Assembly (NCBI GenBank): GCA_963699795.1 | Contig: CAVOVG010000016.1 | Location: 86,925 to 150,924, forward strand | Source of the DNA: an uncultured Thermoleophilia bacterium | Lineage (GTDB): Bacteria > Actinomycetota > Thermoleophilia > Gaiellales > Gaiellaceae | DNA length: 64,000 bases | Direction: 5' to 3' | Shown here: piece by piece, positions 36,434 through 46,721 of the stretch | How positions within the stretch are numbered: the stretch's first letter is position 1 | Layout: each line of letters begins with the position of its first letter | The notes under the pieces: generated by a model | The model's input: only the letters and a program-made list of their open reading frames with translations | What the model was told of the DNA's origin: nothing | Database searches by the model: none | Program-made: the position numbers and the translations under genes

Positions 36434-37357
36434 ATGGCAGAACGAAAGAAGAAGACAACTGAGAAGGCTCCGGTCGACGCCGTCGAGATCGAGGAAGTCA
36501 TGGCGGAGGCAGTAGCCGAGGACGCCGTCGAGATTGCTGACGAGGTCGTCACGGTCGAGGAGGCTATCGACGAGGCAGTGGCCGAGGACGTCGCGGAGGT
36601 CGTCGCGGAGGTCGCCGAAGTCGAGGAAGCCGTCGAGGCCGCCGTCGCGGCGGACGCCGAGGAGATCGTTGCCGAGGTCGTTGCCGTCGAGGAGGCTGTC
36701 GTCGAGGCCGTCGCCGAGGGCGTGATCACGCCCGAGGAAGGGGCGGAGGCGATCGAGGTGATCGAGGAGGCCGCTGCCGAGGTGATTGAGGAGGAGATCG
36801 TCGAGGCCGTAGCCGTCGAGGAGGCGGTCGAGGAGGCCGCTGCCGAGGTGATTGCCGAGGAGATCGTCGAGGCCGTTGCTGTCGAGGAGGCGGTCGAGGA
36901 GGCCGCTGCCGAGGTGATTGCCGAGGAGGTCGTCGAGGCTGCTGCCGTCGTCGAGGCCGTCGAGGAGAAGGCTCCTGCCCCGCAGTCAGGTCCAAAGCAG
37001 AAGAAGAAGCGTCTGCCACGAGCGCTGCGCCCGCAGAAGACGCGTCCGAAGCGCGAGAAGGCGACGGAGCGCAAGTCGATCGTGCGGCTGGAGAAGCCCG
37101 AGCACGAGCGCGGCCGCAGCCAGGAGCGGCAGGGCACCGTCGTTTCGGCGGCGATGGACAAGACGATCGTCGTCAAGGTCGAGGTGACCAAGTCGCACCG
37201 GAAGTACAAGAAGGTCGTCCGCCGGTCGGTCAAGTTCCACGCGCATGACGAGGCCAACACGGCCAACGTCGGCGACATCGTGCGCATCGTCGAAACGCGG
37301 CCGCTGTCTGCCACCAAGCGCTGGCGTCTGACGGAGATCGTCGAGGTGGCCAAGTGA
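36434..37357 (+). CDS. rpsQ: 30S ribosomal protein S17 with long acidic N-terminal extension
   Basis: C-terminal S17 core [14 protein letters not shown]...[11 protein letters not shown] preceded by about 220 aa of E/A/V-rich then basic sequence. Confidence 0.92.
   Translation: MAERKKKTTEKAPVDAVEIEEVMAEAVAEDAVEIADEVVTVEEAIDEAVAEDVAEVVAEVAEVEEAVEAAVAADAEEIVAEVVAVEEAVVEAVAEGVITPEEGAEAIEVIEEAAAEVIEEEIVEAVAVEEAVEEAAAEVIAEEIVEAVAVEEAVEEAAAEVIAEEVVEAAAVVEAVEEKAPAPQSGPKQKKKRLPRALRPQKTRPKREKATERKSIVRLEKPEHERGRSQERQGTVVSAAMDKTIVVKVEVTKSHRKYKKVVRRSVKFHAHDEANTANVGDIVRIVETRPLSATKRWRLTEIVEVAK
36764..36961 (+). repeat. Three imperfect 66-bp in-frame tandem repeats in the S17 extension
   Basis: Units start at 36764, 36830 and 36896; encode EEAAAEVI(E/A)EE(I/V)VEA(V/A)AV(E/V)EAV. 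Confidence 0.9.
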
Positions 37358-37479
37358 TCGTCTCCACGGCCTCGGGGCCTGCTGCCATGCACTCCGTGCA
37401 TGAACGGCCCCTGCGTCCTAGCCTGGCCTGCGTCTTGCGGCCATCGCGCACGATCTGTACGGGTGGTGAGGATCAGTGA
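37354..37479 (+). repeat. Coupling-ORF hairpin element, 126-nt form (rpsQ-rplN)
   Basis: GTGA...GTGA overlaps; 41-aa [44 protein letters not shown]; shares CCCCTGCGTCCTAGCCTGGC with the rplE-rpsN copy. Confidence 0.85.
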
Positions 37480-37844
37480 TCCAGCAGGAAAGCCGCCTGA
37501 AGGTCGCCGATAACACCGGCGCCCGCGAGATCCTCTGCATCCGGGTGATGGGAGGGTCGCATCGTCGCTACGCGCGCGTCGGCGACATCATCGTTGCTAC
37601 CGTGAAGGCAGCGACGCCGCAGGGCACCGTCAAGAAGGGCGAAGTGGTGAAAGCCGTCGTCGTCCGGACGAAGAAGCCCTACGGTCGCAGTGACGGCACG
37701 CTGATCGGGTTCGACGAGAACGCCGCCGTCATCATCGACGCTCAGTTCAACCCGCGCGGCACCCGCATCTTCGGGCCGGTCGCACGGGAGTTGCGCGAGA
37801 AGAATTTCATGAAAATCGTCAGCCTGGCCCCAGAGGTTCTGTAG
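37476..37844 (+). CDS. rplN: 50S ribosomal protein L14
   Basis: [20 protein letters not shown]. Confidence 0.98.
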   Translation: MIQQESRLKVADNTGAREILCIRVMGGSHRRYARVGDIIVATVKAATPQGTVKKGEVVKAVVVRTKKPYGRSDGTLIGFDENAAVIIDAQFNPRGTRIFGPVARELREKNFMKIVSLAPEVL

Positions 37845-38210
37845 ATGGCAGCAACAATGAAGATCAAGAAGGGCGACACCGTTCAGGTGCTATCCGGCAA
37901 GGATCGCGGCAAGCAGGGTCGTGTCATCGAGGCACGCCCGAGCGAGGGTCGCGTGATCGTCGAGAACCTCAATCTCGTGAAGCGGCACCGCAAGCCTGCT
38001 CCGGTGCGGGACACGTCTCGCATGGGCGGCGCCCAGATGACGCCGGGCGGGATCTTCGAGAAGCCGTCGCCCCTGGATGTCAGCAACGTGATGCTGGTCT
38101 GCCCCACCTGCAACCAGGCGTCCCGGACAGGAGTGCACGTCAAGGAGATCAAGGGCGACACCGTGCGTGTCCGGTTCTGCAAGCGGTGTAACGAGGAGAT
38201 CGATCGCTGA
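37845..38210 (+). CDS. rplX: 50S ribosomal protein L24
   Basis: [18 protein letters not shown]. Confidence 0.97.
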   Translation: MAATMKIKKGDTVQVLSGKDRGKQGRVIEARPSEGRVIVENLNLVKRHRKPAPVRDTSRMGGAQMTPGGIFEKPSPLDVSNVMLVCPTCNQASRTGVHVKEIKGDTVRVRFCKRCNEEIDR

Positions 38211-38785
38211 TGGCCACCACCGAGACATACGTCGCGCGCCTCAAGCAGCGTTACGAGGACGAGATCAGGCCCGCGCTCAAGGACGAGCTCGAGCTCGACT
38301 CGATCATGCGCGTGCCCAAGGTGACGAAGATCACGCTCAACATGGGTGTCGGTGAGGCGAAGACCGACGCGAAGGCAATGGACGCCGCGATCGAGGAGCT
38401 TTCCACGATCGCCGGCCAGCACGCGCAGGTCCGTCGCGCCCGTAAGTCGATTGCGAGCTTCAAGCTCCGCGAGGGAATGGCCGTCGGTGCAAGAGTCACC
38501 CTGCGCGGCGCCAAGATGTACGAGTTCCTCGATCGACTGGTTTCGATCTCACTCCCGCGCATCCGCGACTTCCGGGGTCTCAACCCGGACTCGTTCGACG
38601 GGCGGGGGAACTACTCGCTCGGGATCAAGGAGCAGATCATCTTCCCCGAGATCGACTACGACAGCGTCCAGTCGATTCGTGGCCTCGATATCGCGATCAC
38701 CACAACGGCGGAGAACGACGACCAGGCGCGCGCACTTCTGCGCCACCTTGGTCTCCCGTTCGCTGCCGAAAGCAGAAGGGACTAA
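38210..38785 (+). CDS. rplE: 50S ribosomal protein L5
   Basis: [16 protein letters not shown]. Confidence 0.98.
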   Translation: MATTETYVARLKQRYEDEIRPALKDELELDSIMRVPKVTKITLNMGVGEAKTDAKAMDAAIEELSTIAGQHAQVRRARKSIASFKLREGMAVGARVTLRGAKMYEFLDRLVSISLPRIRDFRGLNPDSFDGRGNYSLGIKEQIIFPEIDYDSVQSIRGLDIAITTTAENDDQARALLRHLGLPFAAESRRD

Positions 38786-38787
38786 TC

Positions 38788-38952
38788 GTGCCCCTTCGAG
38801 CATTCACATCCCTACCCCTGGTGGCTGCAAAGCGGCGCCAGGTGTCGTCCTCAGTCGCGTCCATATCTCTCGATACGAACGCCCCCTGCGTCCTAGCCTG
38901 GCTTGCTTTTCGCGCGCCGGAGGCAGGGCACGATCACTTGAAGGAGCACTGA
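38788..38952 (+). repeat. Coupling-ORF hairpin element, 165-nt divergent copy (rplE-rpsN)
   Basis: 54-aa [57 protein letters not shown], gapless 26/54 identity to copy 1; terminal inverted repeat GTGCCCCTTCGAG/CTTGAAGGAGCAC. Confidence 0.88.
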
Positions 38953-38953
38953 C

Positions 38954-39139
38954 ATGGCCAAGACCTCACTCCGCGTCAAGCAGAAGCGGACGCCGAAGTA
39001 CAAGACCCAGGCGTACTCGCGGTGCAACCGTTGCGGTCGCCCACGGGCCGTCTTCAAGAAGTTCAAGCTCTGCCGGATTTGCCTGCGGGAACTGGCGCAT
39101 CAGGGCGCGATCCCAGGCATGACCAAGAGCAGCTGGTAG
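38954..39139 (+). CDS. rpsN: 30S ribosomal protein S14, Zn-binding type Z
   Basis: 61 aa, RCNRCGRPR...LCRICLR. Confidence 0.97.
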   Translation: MAKTSLRVKQKRTPKYKTQAYSRCNRCGRPRAVFKKFKLCRICLRELAHQGAIPGMTKSSW

Positions 39140-39149
39140 GAGAGAAGAG

Positions 39150-39545
39150 ATGCTGACCGACCCAATCGCAGACATGCTGACCCGGATCCGCAACGCCAAC
39201 AAGGCGATGCTCGACAGCACCCAGATGCCTTCCTCGCGGATGAAGGAGGAGATCGCTCGGCTGCTCAAGGACGAGGGATACATCAAGGACTTCCGGGTCG
39301 TCGAAGGCGCGCCCTTCTCCACGCTCGTGGTCGAACTGAAGTTCGGCCGCAACCGCGAGCGCGTGATCACCGACCTCAAGCGCATCTCGAAGCCCGGCCG
39401 GCGCGTCTACGCGCCGAAGAACCGGCTGCCGCGCGTCCTCGGCGGTCTCGGCACGGCCATCCTGTCCACCTCGACCGGCGTGATCACAGGCCGTCAGGCC
39501 GCCGAGCGCGGCGTTGGCGGCGAAGTTCTCGCCTTCGTCTGGTAG
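39150..39545 (+). CDS. rpsH: 30S ribosomal protein S8
   Basis: [13 protein letters not shown]. Confidence 0.98.
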   Translation: MLTDPIADMLTRIRNANKAMLDSTQMPSSRMKEEIARLLKDEGYIKDFRVVEGAPFSTLVVELKFGRNRERVITDLKRISKPGRRVYAPKNRLPRVLGGLGTAILSTSTGVITGRQAAERGVGGEVLAFVW

Positions 39546-39549
39546 CGCC

Positions 39550-40086
39550 ATGAGTCGTATCGGCCGCAGGCCAATCGAGGTTCCGAGCGGCGTCACCATC
39601 GAGGTGTCGCCCGGTGGAACCGTGAACGTTCAGGGACCTCTCGGGAAGCTCGAACAGCAGGTTCCTGTTCGGATGTCGATCTCGCAGGAGGACGGAATCG
39701 TCCACGTCAGCCGTCCGACCGACCGTGGCGACGACCGCGCTCTGCACGGCCTGACGCGGACGCTCGTAGCGAACATGGTCGAGGGCGTCACGAAGGGCTT
39801 CGAGAAGCATCTCGAGATCCAGGGTGTCGGGTACAGGGCGCAGCTCAAGGGCAGCGAACTCGAGCTTGCCGTCGGCTACTCGCACACGGTGACGATCGTC
39901 CCACGCGAGGGGATCACCTTTGAAGTTCCGATCCCCACGCAGATCATCGTCAGGGGCACAGACAAGCAGGCGGTCGGACAGATCGCTGCCGAGATCCGCA
40001 AGGTGCGACCGCCCGAGCCGTACAAGGGCAAGGGCATCCGCTACCGCGACGAGCAGGTTCGGAGAAAGGTTGGGAAGCGCGCATGA
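39550..40086 (+). CDS. rplF: 50S ribosomal protein L6
   Basis: [20 protein letters not shown]. Confidence 0.98.
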   Translation: MSRIGRRPIEVPSGVTIEVSPGGTVNVQGPLGKLEQQVPVRMSISQEDGIVHVSRPTDRGDDRALHGLTRTLVANMVEGVTKGFEKHLEIQGVGYRAQLKGSELELAVGYSHTVTIVPREGITFEVPIPTQIIVRGTDKQAVGQIAAEIRKVRPPEPYKGKGIRYRDEQVRRKVGKRA

Positions 40087-40436
40087 GCTCTCTATCGACG
40101 CGCGAAGCACGTCTTCGCCGGCATCGCCGGATCCGCGGCAAGGTCGCGGGAACGGCAGAACGGCCACGTCTGGCGGTCTTTCGGTCCAACAAGGGCATCT
40201 TCGCCCAGTTGATCGACGATCGGGAGGCGCGCACGCTGGCGGCCGCAGGCTGGCTCCAGCTGAAGGACTTCCCCGGCAACAAGACAGAACAGGCAGCCGA
40301 GGTGGGCAAGCAGCTCGCTGCGTCGGCGAAGGCAGCGGGCATCACCGCCTGCGTCTTCGATCGCGGCGGCTACCTCTACCACGGTCGTGTCAAGGCGCTC
40401 GCCGACGGCGCGCGCGAAGGAGGGCTTGAGTTTTGA
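40083..40436 (+). CDS. rplR: 50S ribosomal protein L18
   Basis: [23 protein letters not shown]. Confidence 0.98.
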   Translation: MSSLSTREARLRRHRRIRGKVAGTAERPRLAVFRSNKGIFAQLIDDREARTLAAAGWLQLKDFPGNKTEQAAEVGKQLAASAKAAGITACVFDRGGYLYHGRVKALADGAREGGLEF

Positions 40437-41029
40437 GCACGTTTGGGGTAGCTGAGACGCGCGAGCTGAAGGAACGCGTGATCGAGATCAACCGCGTCGC
40501 CAAGGTCGTCAAGGGCGGCCGGCGGTTCTCGTTCACCGCGCTCGTCGTCGTCGGAGACGAGACCGATCGGGTCGGCGTCGGATACGGGAAGGCGCGCGAG
40601 GTTCCGCTCGCCATCTCGAAGGCCGTCGACGATGCGAAGAAGAACTTGTTCACGGTGCCGAAGCACGGCACGACGATCACGCACGAGATTCTCGGAGAGT
40701 TCGGCGCGGCGCGGGTCTTCCTGCGTCCGGCAAGCGAGGGAACCGGCGTCATCGCGGGTGGCGGTGTTCGTGCCGTGCTCGAGCTCGCCGGCATTCGTGA
40801 CGTTCTCGCCAAGAGCCTCGGCACGACGAATCCGATCAACATGGCGAAGGCAACCGTTCACGGGCTCAAGCACCTGCGCCGCCCGGAGGACATCGCCCGT
40901 CAGCGCGGGAAGACGATTCGTGAGGTTCTGCCGCTGCCGCGTGAGTACGACGCGGCCAAGGTCGCTGCCGCCGCTGCAGCCGAGGCTGAGACTGCTTCCG
41001 AAGCGGATGTCGTGGAGGTAACGGCGTGA
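40433..41029 (+). CDS. rpsE: 30S ribosomal protein S5
   Basis: [19 protein letters not shown]. Confidence 0.98.
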   Translation: MSTFGVAETRELKERVIEINRVAKVVKGGRRFSFTALVVVGDETDRVGVGYGKAREVPLAISKAVDDAKKNLFTVPKHGTTITHEILGEFGAARVFLRPASEGTGVIAGGGVRAVLELAGIRDVLAKSLGTTNPINMAKATVHGLKHLRRPEDIARQRGKTIREVLPLPREYDAAKVAAAAAAEAETASEADVVEVTA

Positions 41030-41211
41030 GCACGGTGAAGGTCACCCAGATCAGGAGCACGATCGGCCAGAGCAAGGCGCACCACGGCACCATTCGGGCG
41101 CTCGGCCTCGGGAAGATCGGTCGCAGCGCCGAGCACACGGAGTGTGCCGAGCTCGCCGGGCAGCTCCGCCACGTTGCTCATCTCGTCAAGGTCGAAGGGA
41201 AGGACGCGTAG
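41026..41211 (+). CDS. rpmD: 50S ribosomal protein L30
   Basis: [15 protein letters not shown]. Confidence 0.95.
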   Translation: MSTVKVTQIRSTIGQSKAHHGTIRALGLGKIGRSAEHTECAELAGQLRHVAHLVKVEGKDA

Positions 41212-41213
41212 AA

Positions 41214-41819
41214 ATGGCCGAGGAGCTCAATCTCCACAGCCTCCAGCCGGCACAGCCGCGCAAGGCACGCAAGCGGGTCGGTCGCGGCATGGGCTCCGGC
41301 AAGGGCCGCTACTCCGGTCGCGGGATCAAGGGCCAGAAGTCGCGCTCCGGGTCGCACATGATGCCGGCCGGCTTCGAGGGCGGGCAGATGCCGATCGACA
41401 TGCGACTCCCGAAGCTTCGGGGTAACACCTCGGCCGACGCGATGCCGGTCGGGCCTTTCCGAACGTCCACGCAGCCCGTCAATCTCCGTGACCTCGAGGC
41501 GCGCTTCGAGGCCGGTGCGGAGGTGACCCCCGAGGCTCTCGTCGCGGTGGGGCTGATCAAGAACACGAAGATCGACATCAAGATCCTCGCCTCCGGCGAT
41601 CTCACGAAGAGTCTCAGCGTCACGGCGCACGGCTTCTCGAAGACTGCGAAGGAGAAGATCGAGGCAGCGGGCGGAACCGCCACGTGGTTGCGCGGTGAGC
41701 CTGTCGCCAAGAAGCCCAAGAAGGCAAGGGCCAAGCGATCTGCAGTGGTCGAGGAGGCCGCGGTCGAGATCGTCGAGGAGGCAGCACAGGCTCCAGCCGA
41801 CGAGGCAACCGCTGAGTAA
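41214..41819 (+). CDS. rplO: 50S ribosomal protein L15
   Basis: RVGRGMGSG, GFEGGQMP. Confidence 0.97.
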   Translation: MAEELNLHSLQPAQPRKARKRVGRGMGSGKGRYSGRGIKGQKSRSGSHMMPAGFEGGQMPIDMRLPKLRGNTSADAMPVGPFRTSTQPVNLRDLEARFEAGAEVTPEALVAVGLIKNTKIDIKILASGDLTKSLSVTAHGFSKTAKEKIEAAGGTATWLRGEPVAKKPKKARAKRSAVVEEAAVEIVEEAAQAPADEATAE

Positions 41820-43072
41820 TGCTGAGCTGGCTCGGAAACGCCTGGCGCGTCCCTGAACTCCGACGCCGGATCCTCTTCACGGCGTTTATCCTCGCCGTCT
41901 ATCGTCTCGGTTCCTGGCTGCCCGCGCCGGGCGTCGACGCGGCCGCGATCGAGAACTACTTTTCCGGCAGCGGAGGCTCGATCCTCGGGCTGCTGAACCT
42001 GTTCTCCGGTGGTGCCCTCTCCCAGTTCTCGCTCTTCGCGCTAGGGATCATGCCGTACGTCACGGCATCCATCATCGTCCAGCTGATGACGGTCGCTGTG
42101 CCGAAGCTCGCCGAGTTGCAGAAGGAGGGCGAGTCCGGATACGCCAAGATCAACCAGTACACGCGTTATCTCACCGTCGTGCTCGCGGCGCTTCAGGCCT
42201 TCGGCTACGCGGTGCTGTTTCAGCGGCAGGATGCACTCGACGCGAACGCGGGCCGGATGACGTTGATCGTCGTCACGTTGACGACGGGCACCGTGCTCCT
42301 GATGTGGCTCGGTGAGCAGATCACCAAGCGTGGGATCGGCAACGGCATCTCGATCCTCATCCTTGCCTCGATCCTCACCAGCCTTCCCCTCGGGATCAGC
42401 GCCTGGTGGAACGGTGGGCCGATGGAGCGCATCTTCTTCCCGCTCATCGCGATCGCGATCGTTGCTTCCGTCGTGTTCGTTCAGGAGGGGCAGCGCCGGA
42501 TTCCGATCCAGTACGCGCGACGCATGGTCGGCCGGCGCATGACCACAGGCGGCGCCACGTATCTGCCGCTTCGTATCCTCATGGCGGGCGTGATTCCTGT
42601 CATCTTCGCGGCCGCGCTGCTCGCATTCCCGGCCACGGTCGCCCAGTACTTCCCGGCCACGCAGGAGTTCATCAACGACCACTTCCAGCCCGGCAACCTC
42701 ACGTACCTGCTGATCGAGGCCGCGCTGATCATCCTGTTCACGTACTTCTACACGGCCGTGCAGTTCAACCCGGTCGAGCAGGCTGACAACCTCCGCAAGT
42801 ACGGCGGGTACATCCCGGGTATCCGTCCCGGCCCGCCGACCGCGCAGTACCTCGACCGCGTCATGACGCGCTTGACGCTGCCCGGTGCACTCTTCCTCGC
42901 ACTCGTTGCCGTCGCGCCGAGCCTTTTCATTCGCTACTTCGGATTCTCCCAGGCAAGCTCTGGCGCGCTCGGCGGTACGTCCGTTCTGATCGCCGTCGGC
43001 GTCGCGCTCGACACGATGCGGCAGATGGAGAGCCAGATGATGATGCGCAACTACGAGGGCTTCCTCAAATAG
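41819..43072 (+). CDS. secY: Preprotein translocase SecY
   Basis: FALGIMPYVTASII, GIGNGISI, IPGIRPG. Confidence 0.98.
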   Translation: MLSWLGNAWRVPELRRRILFTAFILAVYRLGSWLPAPGVDAAAIENYFSGSGGSILGLLNLFSGGALSQFSLFALGIMPYVTASIIVQLMTVAVPKLAELQKEGESGYAKINQYTRYLTVVLAALQAFGYAVLFQRQDALDANAGRMTLIVVTLTTGTVLLMWLGEQITKRGIGNGISILILASILTSLPLGISAWWNGGPMERIFFPLIAIAIVASVVFVQEGQRRIPIQYARRMVGRRMTTGGATYLPLRILMAGVIPVIFAAALLAFPATVAQYFPATQEFINDHFQPGNLTYLLIEAALIILFTYFYTAVQFNPVEQADNLRKYGGYIPGIRPGPPTAQYLDRVMTRLTLPGALFLALVAVAPSLFIRYFGFSQASSGALGGTSVLIAVGVALDTMRQMESQMMMRNYEGFLK

Positions 43073-43077
43073 CGACG

Positions 43078-43650
43078 ATCAACGTCCTCGTTCTCGGGCC
43101 GCAGGGATCCGGGAAGGGCACGCAGGCCCAGCGCATCTGCGCAGCCCACGATGTCCCGCATGTGTCGACGGGAGACATGTTTCGCGCTGCCATCGCTGAA
43201 GGCACCGATTTCGGTCGCCTGGTGGAGCCCATCCTCGCCGCGGGCGAGCTCGTCCCCGACGAGCTGACGATCGCCCTGATTCGCGACAGGCTGTCGAAGG
43301 ATGATGCCGTGGGTGGCTTCGTCCTCGACGGATTCCCGCGCAACCTCGCTCAGGCAGCGGCTCTCGACGAGATGCTGGCGGAGATCGGACGGCCGCTCGA
43401 CGCGGTTCTCTTCTTCGACCTCGACGACGAGACCGCGACGTTACGGGCTCTCGGGCGTGCGAGTGAGGAGGGGCGCGCCGACGACACGCCGGAGGTGATG
43501 GCACGGCGGCTCGCCATCTATCACGACCAGACCGAGCCCGTGATCGAGCACTATCGTGCGGCCGGCACGCTCCACGCGCTCGACGCCGCGCGCACGGTCG
43601 ACGACGTCTTCGCCGAGATCTCCGAGGCACTCGAGCCGGTCGTCCGATGA
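43078..43650 (+). CDS. adk: Adenylate kinase (short-LID type), start codon apparently non-canonical
   Basis: In-frame (I)NVLVLGPQGSGKGTQA P-loop, HVSTGDMFR, LDGFPR; no ATG/GTG/TTG before the P-loop. Confidence 0.93.
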   Translation: MNVLVLGPQGSGKGTQAQRICAAHDVPHVSTGDMFRAAIAEGTDFGRLVEPILAAGELVPDELTIALIRDRLSKDDAVGGFVLDGFPRNLAQAAALDEMLAEIGRPLDAVLFFDLDDETATLRALGRASEEGRADDTPEVMARRLAIYHDQTEPVIEHYRAAGTLHALDAARTVDDVFAEISEALEPVVR

Positions 43651-44432
43651 TCATCCGCAAGGGCCCTGAGGAGATCGAGCGGATCGCACGCGCCGGGGAT
43701 CTTGTTGCGGCCACGATCGCGCACGTCGGCGAGCATCTGCGCCCCGGTATCACGACAGGGGAGCTCGACGACATCGCGGGGGCCTTCGTCGCTGCCCACG
43801 GAGGCACATCGGCGTCGAAGGGGTATCACGGCACCTACCCCGCCGAGATCTGCATCTCGCCGAACTCGATGGTCGTCCACGGCATCCCCGGTCCGTACCG
43901 CGTCGAGGACGGCGATCTCGTCACGATCGACGTCGGCGTCGTCCTGAACGGGGCAATCGGTGACAGCGCGTATACCTTCGGCGTGGGCGAGATCGATCCG
44001 GAGGCGCAGCGCCTCCTCGACGTCTGCCAGGAGGCACTCGCGGCGGGTATCGGGCAAGCGCGGCCGGGGAACCGGATCGGCGACATCTCGTTCGCGGTCC
44101 AGAAGGTCGTCGAGGGCGGGGGCTTTTCGGTGATTCGCAGTCTCGTCGGCCACGGCGTCGGCAGGCATTATCACGAGGATCCGCACGTGCCGAACTTCGG
44201 GCAGCCGGGCCGCGGACCGAAGCTCACCGAGGGGATGACGATTGCGATCGAACCGATGATCACCGTCGGATCGCCCGAGGTGTACCTGCACGACGACGGC
44301 TGGTCGATCTCGACGGAGGACGGCTCACTCGCCGCCCATTTCGAGCACACCGTTGCCATCACAGCATCAGGGCCGCGGATTCTCACGCCCCGCGTCGGGA
44401 TCGCGGTCGAGACCGGGAGTTTGCTACAGTAA
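43647..44432 (+). CDS. map: Methionine aminopeptidase type I
   Basis: VVHGIP, GHGVG, AIEPM, AHFEHT. Confidence 0.97.
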   Translation: MIIRKGPEEIERIARAGDLVAATIAHVGEHLRPGITTGELDDIAGAFVAAHGGTSASKGYHGTYPAEICISPNSMVVHGIPGPYRVEDGDLVTIDVGVVLNGAIGDSAYTFGVGEIDPEAQRLLDVCQEALAAGIGQARPGNRIGDISFAVQKVVEGGGFSVIRSLVGHGVGRHYHEDPHVPNFGQPGRGPKLTEGMTIAIEPMITVGSPEVYLHDDGWSISTEDGSLAAHFEHTVAITASGPRILTPRVGIAVETGSLLQ

Positions 44433-44561
44433 GCGGCCCGCGGCGTGGCCGTCTCGCTGCGCAATGGGATTCGTCAGACGGTTCACGGTTCCATCGTTCT
44501 AGGTTCGTGCTCCGCAGGTCGGGAGCTCTCAATTACGACAAGGCGTTCGCGCGAGGGAAGG

Positions 44562-44783
44562 GTGGCAGTCAAGGAAGAGAAGATCGAGGTCGAAGGCGAA
44601 GTCGTCGAGGCGCTCCCGAGCACGATGTTCAGGGTGCAGCTCGATGAAGGACACACGGTTCTCGCCGCGATCTCCGGGAAGATGCGCAAGCACTACATAC
44701 GCATCCTCCCCGGCGACCGGGTCAAGGTCGAGCTCTCTCCTTACGACCTCACGCGCGGCCGCATCACGTTCCGTCACCGCTGA
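44562..44783 (+). CDS. infA: Translation initiation factor IF-1
   Basis: [15 protein letters not shown]...[10 protein letters not shown]. Confidence 0.98.
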   Translation: MAVKEEKIEVEGEVVEALPSTMFRVQLDEGHTVLAAISGKMRKHYIRILPGDRVKVELSPYDLTRGRITFRHR

Positions 44784-44818
44784 CCGTCACCCCCGAAAAC
44801 GCCACCGAGGAATTCACG

Positions 44819-44932
44819 ATGAAAGTTCGCCCGTCCGTCAAACCAATGTGTGAGCGCTGCCGCGTCATCAAGCGGCACGGGCGCACCATGGTGATCTGCG
44901 TCAACCCACGGCACAAGCAAAGGCAGGGCTAG
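44819..44932 (+). CDS. rpmJ: 50S ribosomal protein L36
   Basis: Hand translation [37 protein letters not shown]. Confidence 0.97.
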   Translation: MKVRPSVKPMCERCRVIKRHGRTMVICVNPRHKQRQG

Positions 44933-44936
44933 CTTC

Positions 44937-45101
44937 GTGGCTCTCCTGGCAACAGCTAGAGCGCCTCTGGCGCGCGATCCGCGGCGCATTGCGTCGTCCC
45001 CGGTCGTATCCAGGCGAGCCCGCCTGAATGCTCCCTGCGTTTTGGCACGGCTTGCGTCCCGCACGCCAGAGACGCGAAACCTTCACCAGGAGAACCACTA
45101 A
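44937..45101 (+). repeat. Coupling-ORF hairpin element, 165-nt copy 2 (rpmJ-rpsM)
   Basis: 14 nt differences from copy 1; 54-aa [57 protein letters not shown] ending TAATG. Confidence 0.9.
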
Positions 45102-45475
45102 TGGCTCGCATCGCAGGCGTCAACCTCCCGAACCAGAAGCGTCTGGAGATCGGGCTCACCTACATCTACGGGATCGGCCAGTCGACCGCGCAGAAGATCT
45201 GCAGGGCCCTGGAACTCGACCCCGACCAGAAGATCAAGGACCTGACCGACGACGAGGTCACGAAGCTCCGCGGGTACATCGACGATCACGTCGAGGTCGA
45301 AGGTGACCTTCGGCGTGACCGTTCCCAGGCGCTCAAGCGGCTCGCCGAGATCGGTTGCTATCGCGGAATCCGACACCGTCGTGGCCTCCCGGCTCGTGGG
45401 CAACGAACCAAGACCAACGCGCGGACGCGTAAGGGCCCGAAGAAGACCGTCGGCCGCGGGAAGAAGGCGAAGTAA
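45101..45475 (+). CDS. rpsM: 30S ribosomal protein S13
   Basis: [21 protein letters not shown]. Confidence 0.98.
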   Translation: MARIAGVNLPNQKRLEIGLTYIYGIGQSTAQKICRALELDPDQKIKDLTDDEVTKLRGYIDDHVEVEGDLRRDRSQALKRLAEIGCYRGIRHRRGLPARGQRTKTNARTRKGPKKTVGRGKKAK

Positions 45476-45882
45476 TGGCACCTCCTCGTAAAGCAGCGGC
45501 CGCTCGCGGTCGCACGCGCCGCCGCGTCAAGAAGAACATCGCGATCGGTCAGGCTCACATCAAGACGTCGTTCAACAACACGATCGTGTCGCTCACGGAC
45601 AAGGACGGCAACGTGATCGCCTGGGAGTCGGCCGGCTCGGCCGGTTTCAAGGGCTCGCGCAAGTCCACGCCGTTCGCAGCGCAGGTCACGGCTGACAACT
45701 GCGCGCGCAAGGGGATGGAGCATGGCCTGCAAAAGATCGAGGTCTTCGTCAAGGGGCCTGGCTCCGGGCGCGAAACAGCGATTCGTTCATTGCAGGCCGC
45801 CGGGCTCGAGATCCTCGGCGTCAAGGACGTCTCGCCGCAGGCCCACAACGGCGTCCGACAGAAGAAGCGGAGGCGCGTCTAA
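45475..45882 (+). CDS. rpsK: 30S ribosomal protein S11
   Basis: [14 protein letters not shown]. Confidence 0.98.
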   Translation: MAPPRKAAAARGRTRRRVKKNIAIGQAHIKTSFNNTIVSLTDKDGNVIAWESAGSAGFKGSRKSTPFAAQVTADNCARKGMEHGLQKIEVFVKGPGSGRETAIRSLQAAGLEILGVKDVSPQAHNGVRQKKRRRV

Positions 45883-46047
45883 GTGGCTCTCCCGGCAACA
45901 ATTGGTGCGCCTCCGGCGCGCGATCCGCGGCGCATTGCGTCGTCCTCGGTCGCATCCAGGCAGACGAGCCTGAACGCTCCCTGCGTCCAAGCACCGCTTG
46001 GGTCTCGCACGCCCGAGACGCGAAACCGTCACGAGGGGAACCACTAA
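45883..46047 (+). repeat. Coupling-ORF hairpin element, 165-nt copy 3 (rpsK-rpsD)
   Basis: TAA-GTGG...CCAC-TAATG; 54-aa [57 protein letters not shown]. Confidence 0.9.
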
Positions 46048-46667
46048 TGGCCCGCGACCTCGGCCCCAAGTGTCGGCTCTGCCGCCGCGAGGGCATCAAG
46101 CTGTTCCTCAAGGGTGAGCGCTGCCTGACGGAGAAGTGCGCGATCGAGCGGCGTTCGTATCCGCCGGGAGAGCATGGCCGCGGCCGGATCAAGCAGAGCG
46201 AGTACCTCCTTCAGTTGCGTGAGAAGCAGAAGGCGCGCCGGTACTACGGCCTCCTCGAGAAGCAGTTCCGCAACACGTACGCCAAGGCGACCCGCCGTGC
46301 GGGTGCGCCGGGCGAGAACCTGCTCCGCATGCTCGAGACGCGCCTCGACAACGTCGTCTACCGGCTCGGCTTCGCCGGCTCCCGTGCGCAGGCGCGGCAG
46401 CTCGTCCGCCACGGCCATTTCCAGGTCAACGGCCGCCGGGTCAACATCCCGAGCTTCGCCGTTCGCCCGAATGACGTGATCACCTTGAAGTCGGGGAGCG
46501 CAGCGGCGCCGCTCGTCCGTGACGCGACCGACCTGACCGCCTCCGTCTCGCCGTGGCTGCAGGCCGACCACGAGGGTCTCGCCGGCAAGGTCCTTCGCTG
46601 GCCCGAGCGCGCGGAGATCGATACCCCGGTGCAGGAATCATTGATCGTCGAGCTGTATTCAAAATAA
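46047..46667 (+). CDS. rpsD: 30S ribosomal protein S4 (Zn-finger form)
   Basis: CRLCRREG..C....[15 protein letters not shown]. Confidence 0.98.
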   Translation: MARDLGPKCRLCRREGIKLFLKGERCLTEKCAIERRSYPPGEHGRGRIKQSEYLLQLREKQKARRYYGLLEKQFRNTYAKATRRAGAPGENLLRMLETRLDNVVYRLGFAGSRAQARQLVRHGHFQVNGRRVNIPSFAVRPNDVITLKSGSAAAPLVRDATDLTASVSPWLQADHEGLAGKVLRWPERAEIDTPVQESLIVELYSK

Positions 46668-46721
46668 CGACGGAGAGGCTTGCCTCTCACCGTTGTGAAG
46701 AAAGAACACGAAAGGATCGCA

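Noticed and set aside
32995-46047. Repeats as a CRISPR array or autonomous IS
   Set aside because: Copies are dispersed, with no spacers, cas genes or transposase in the window
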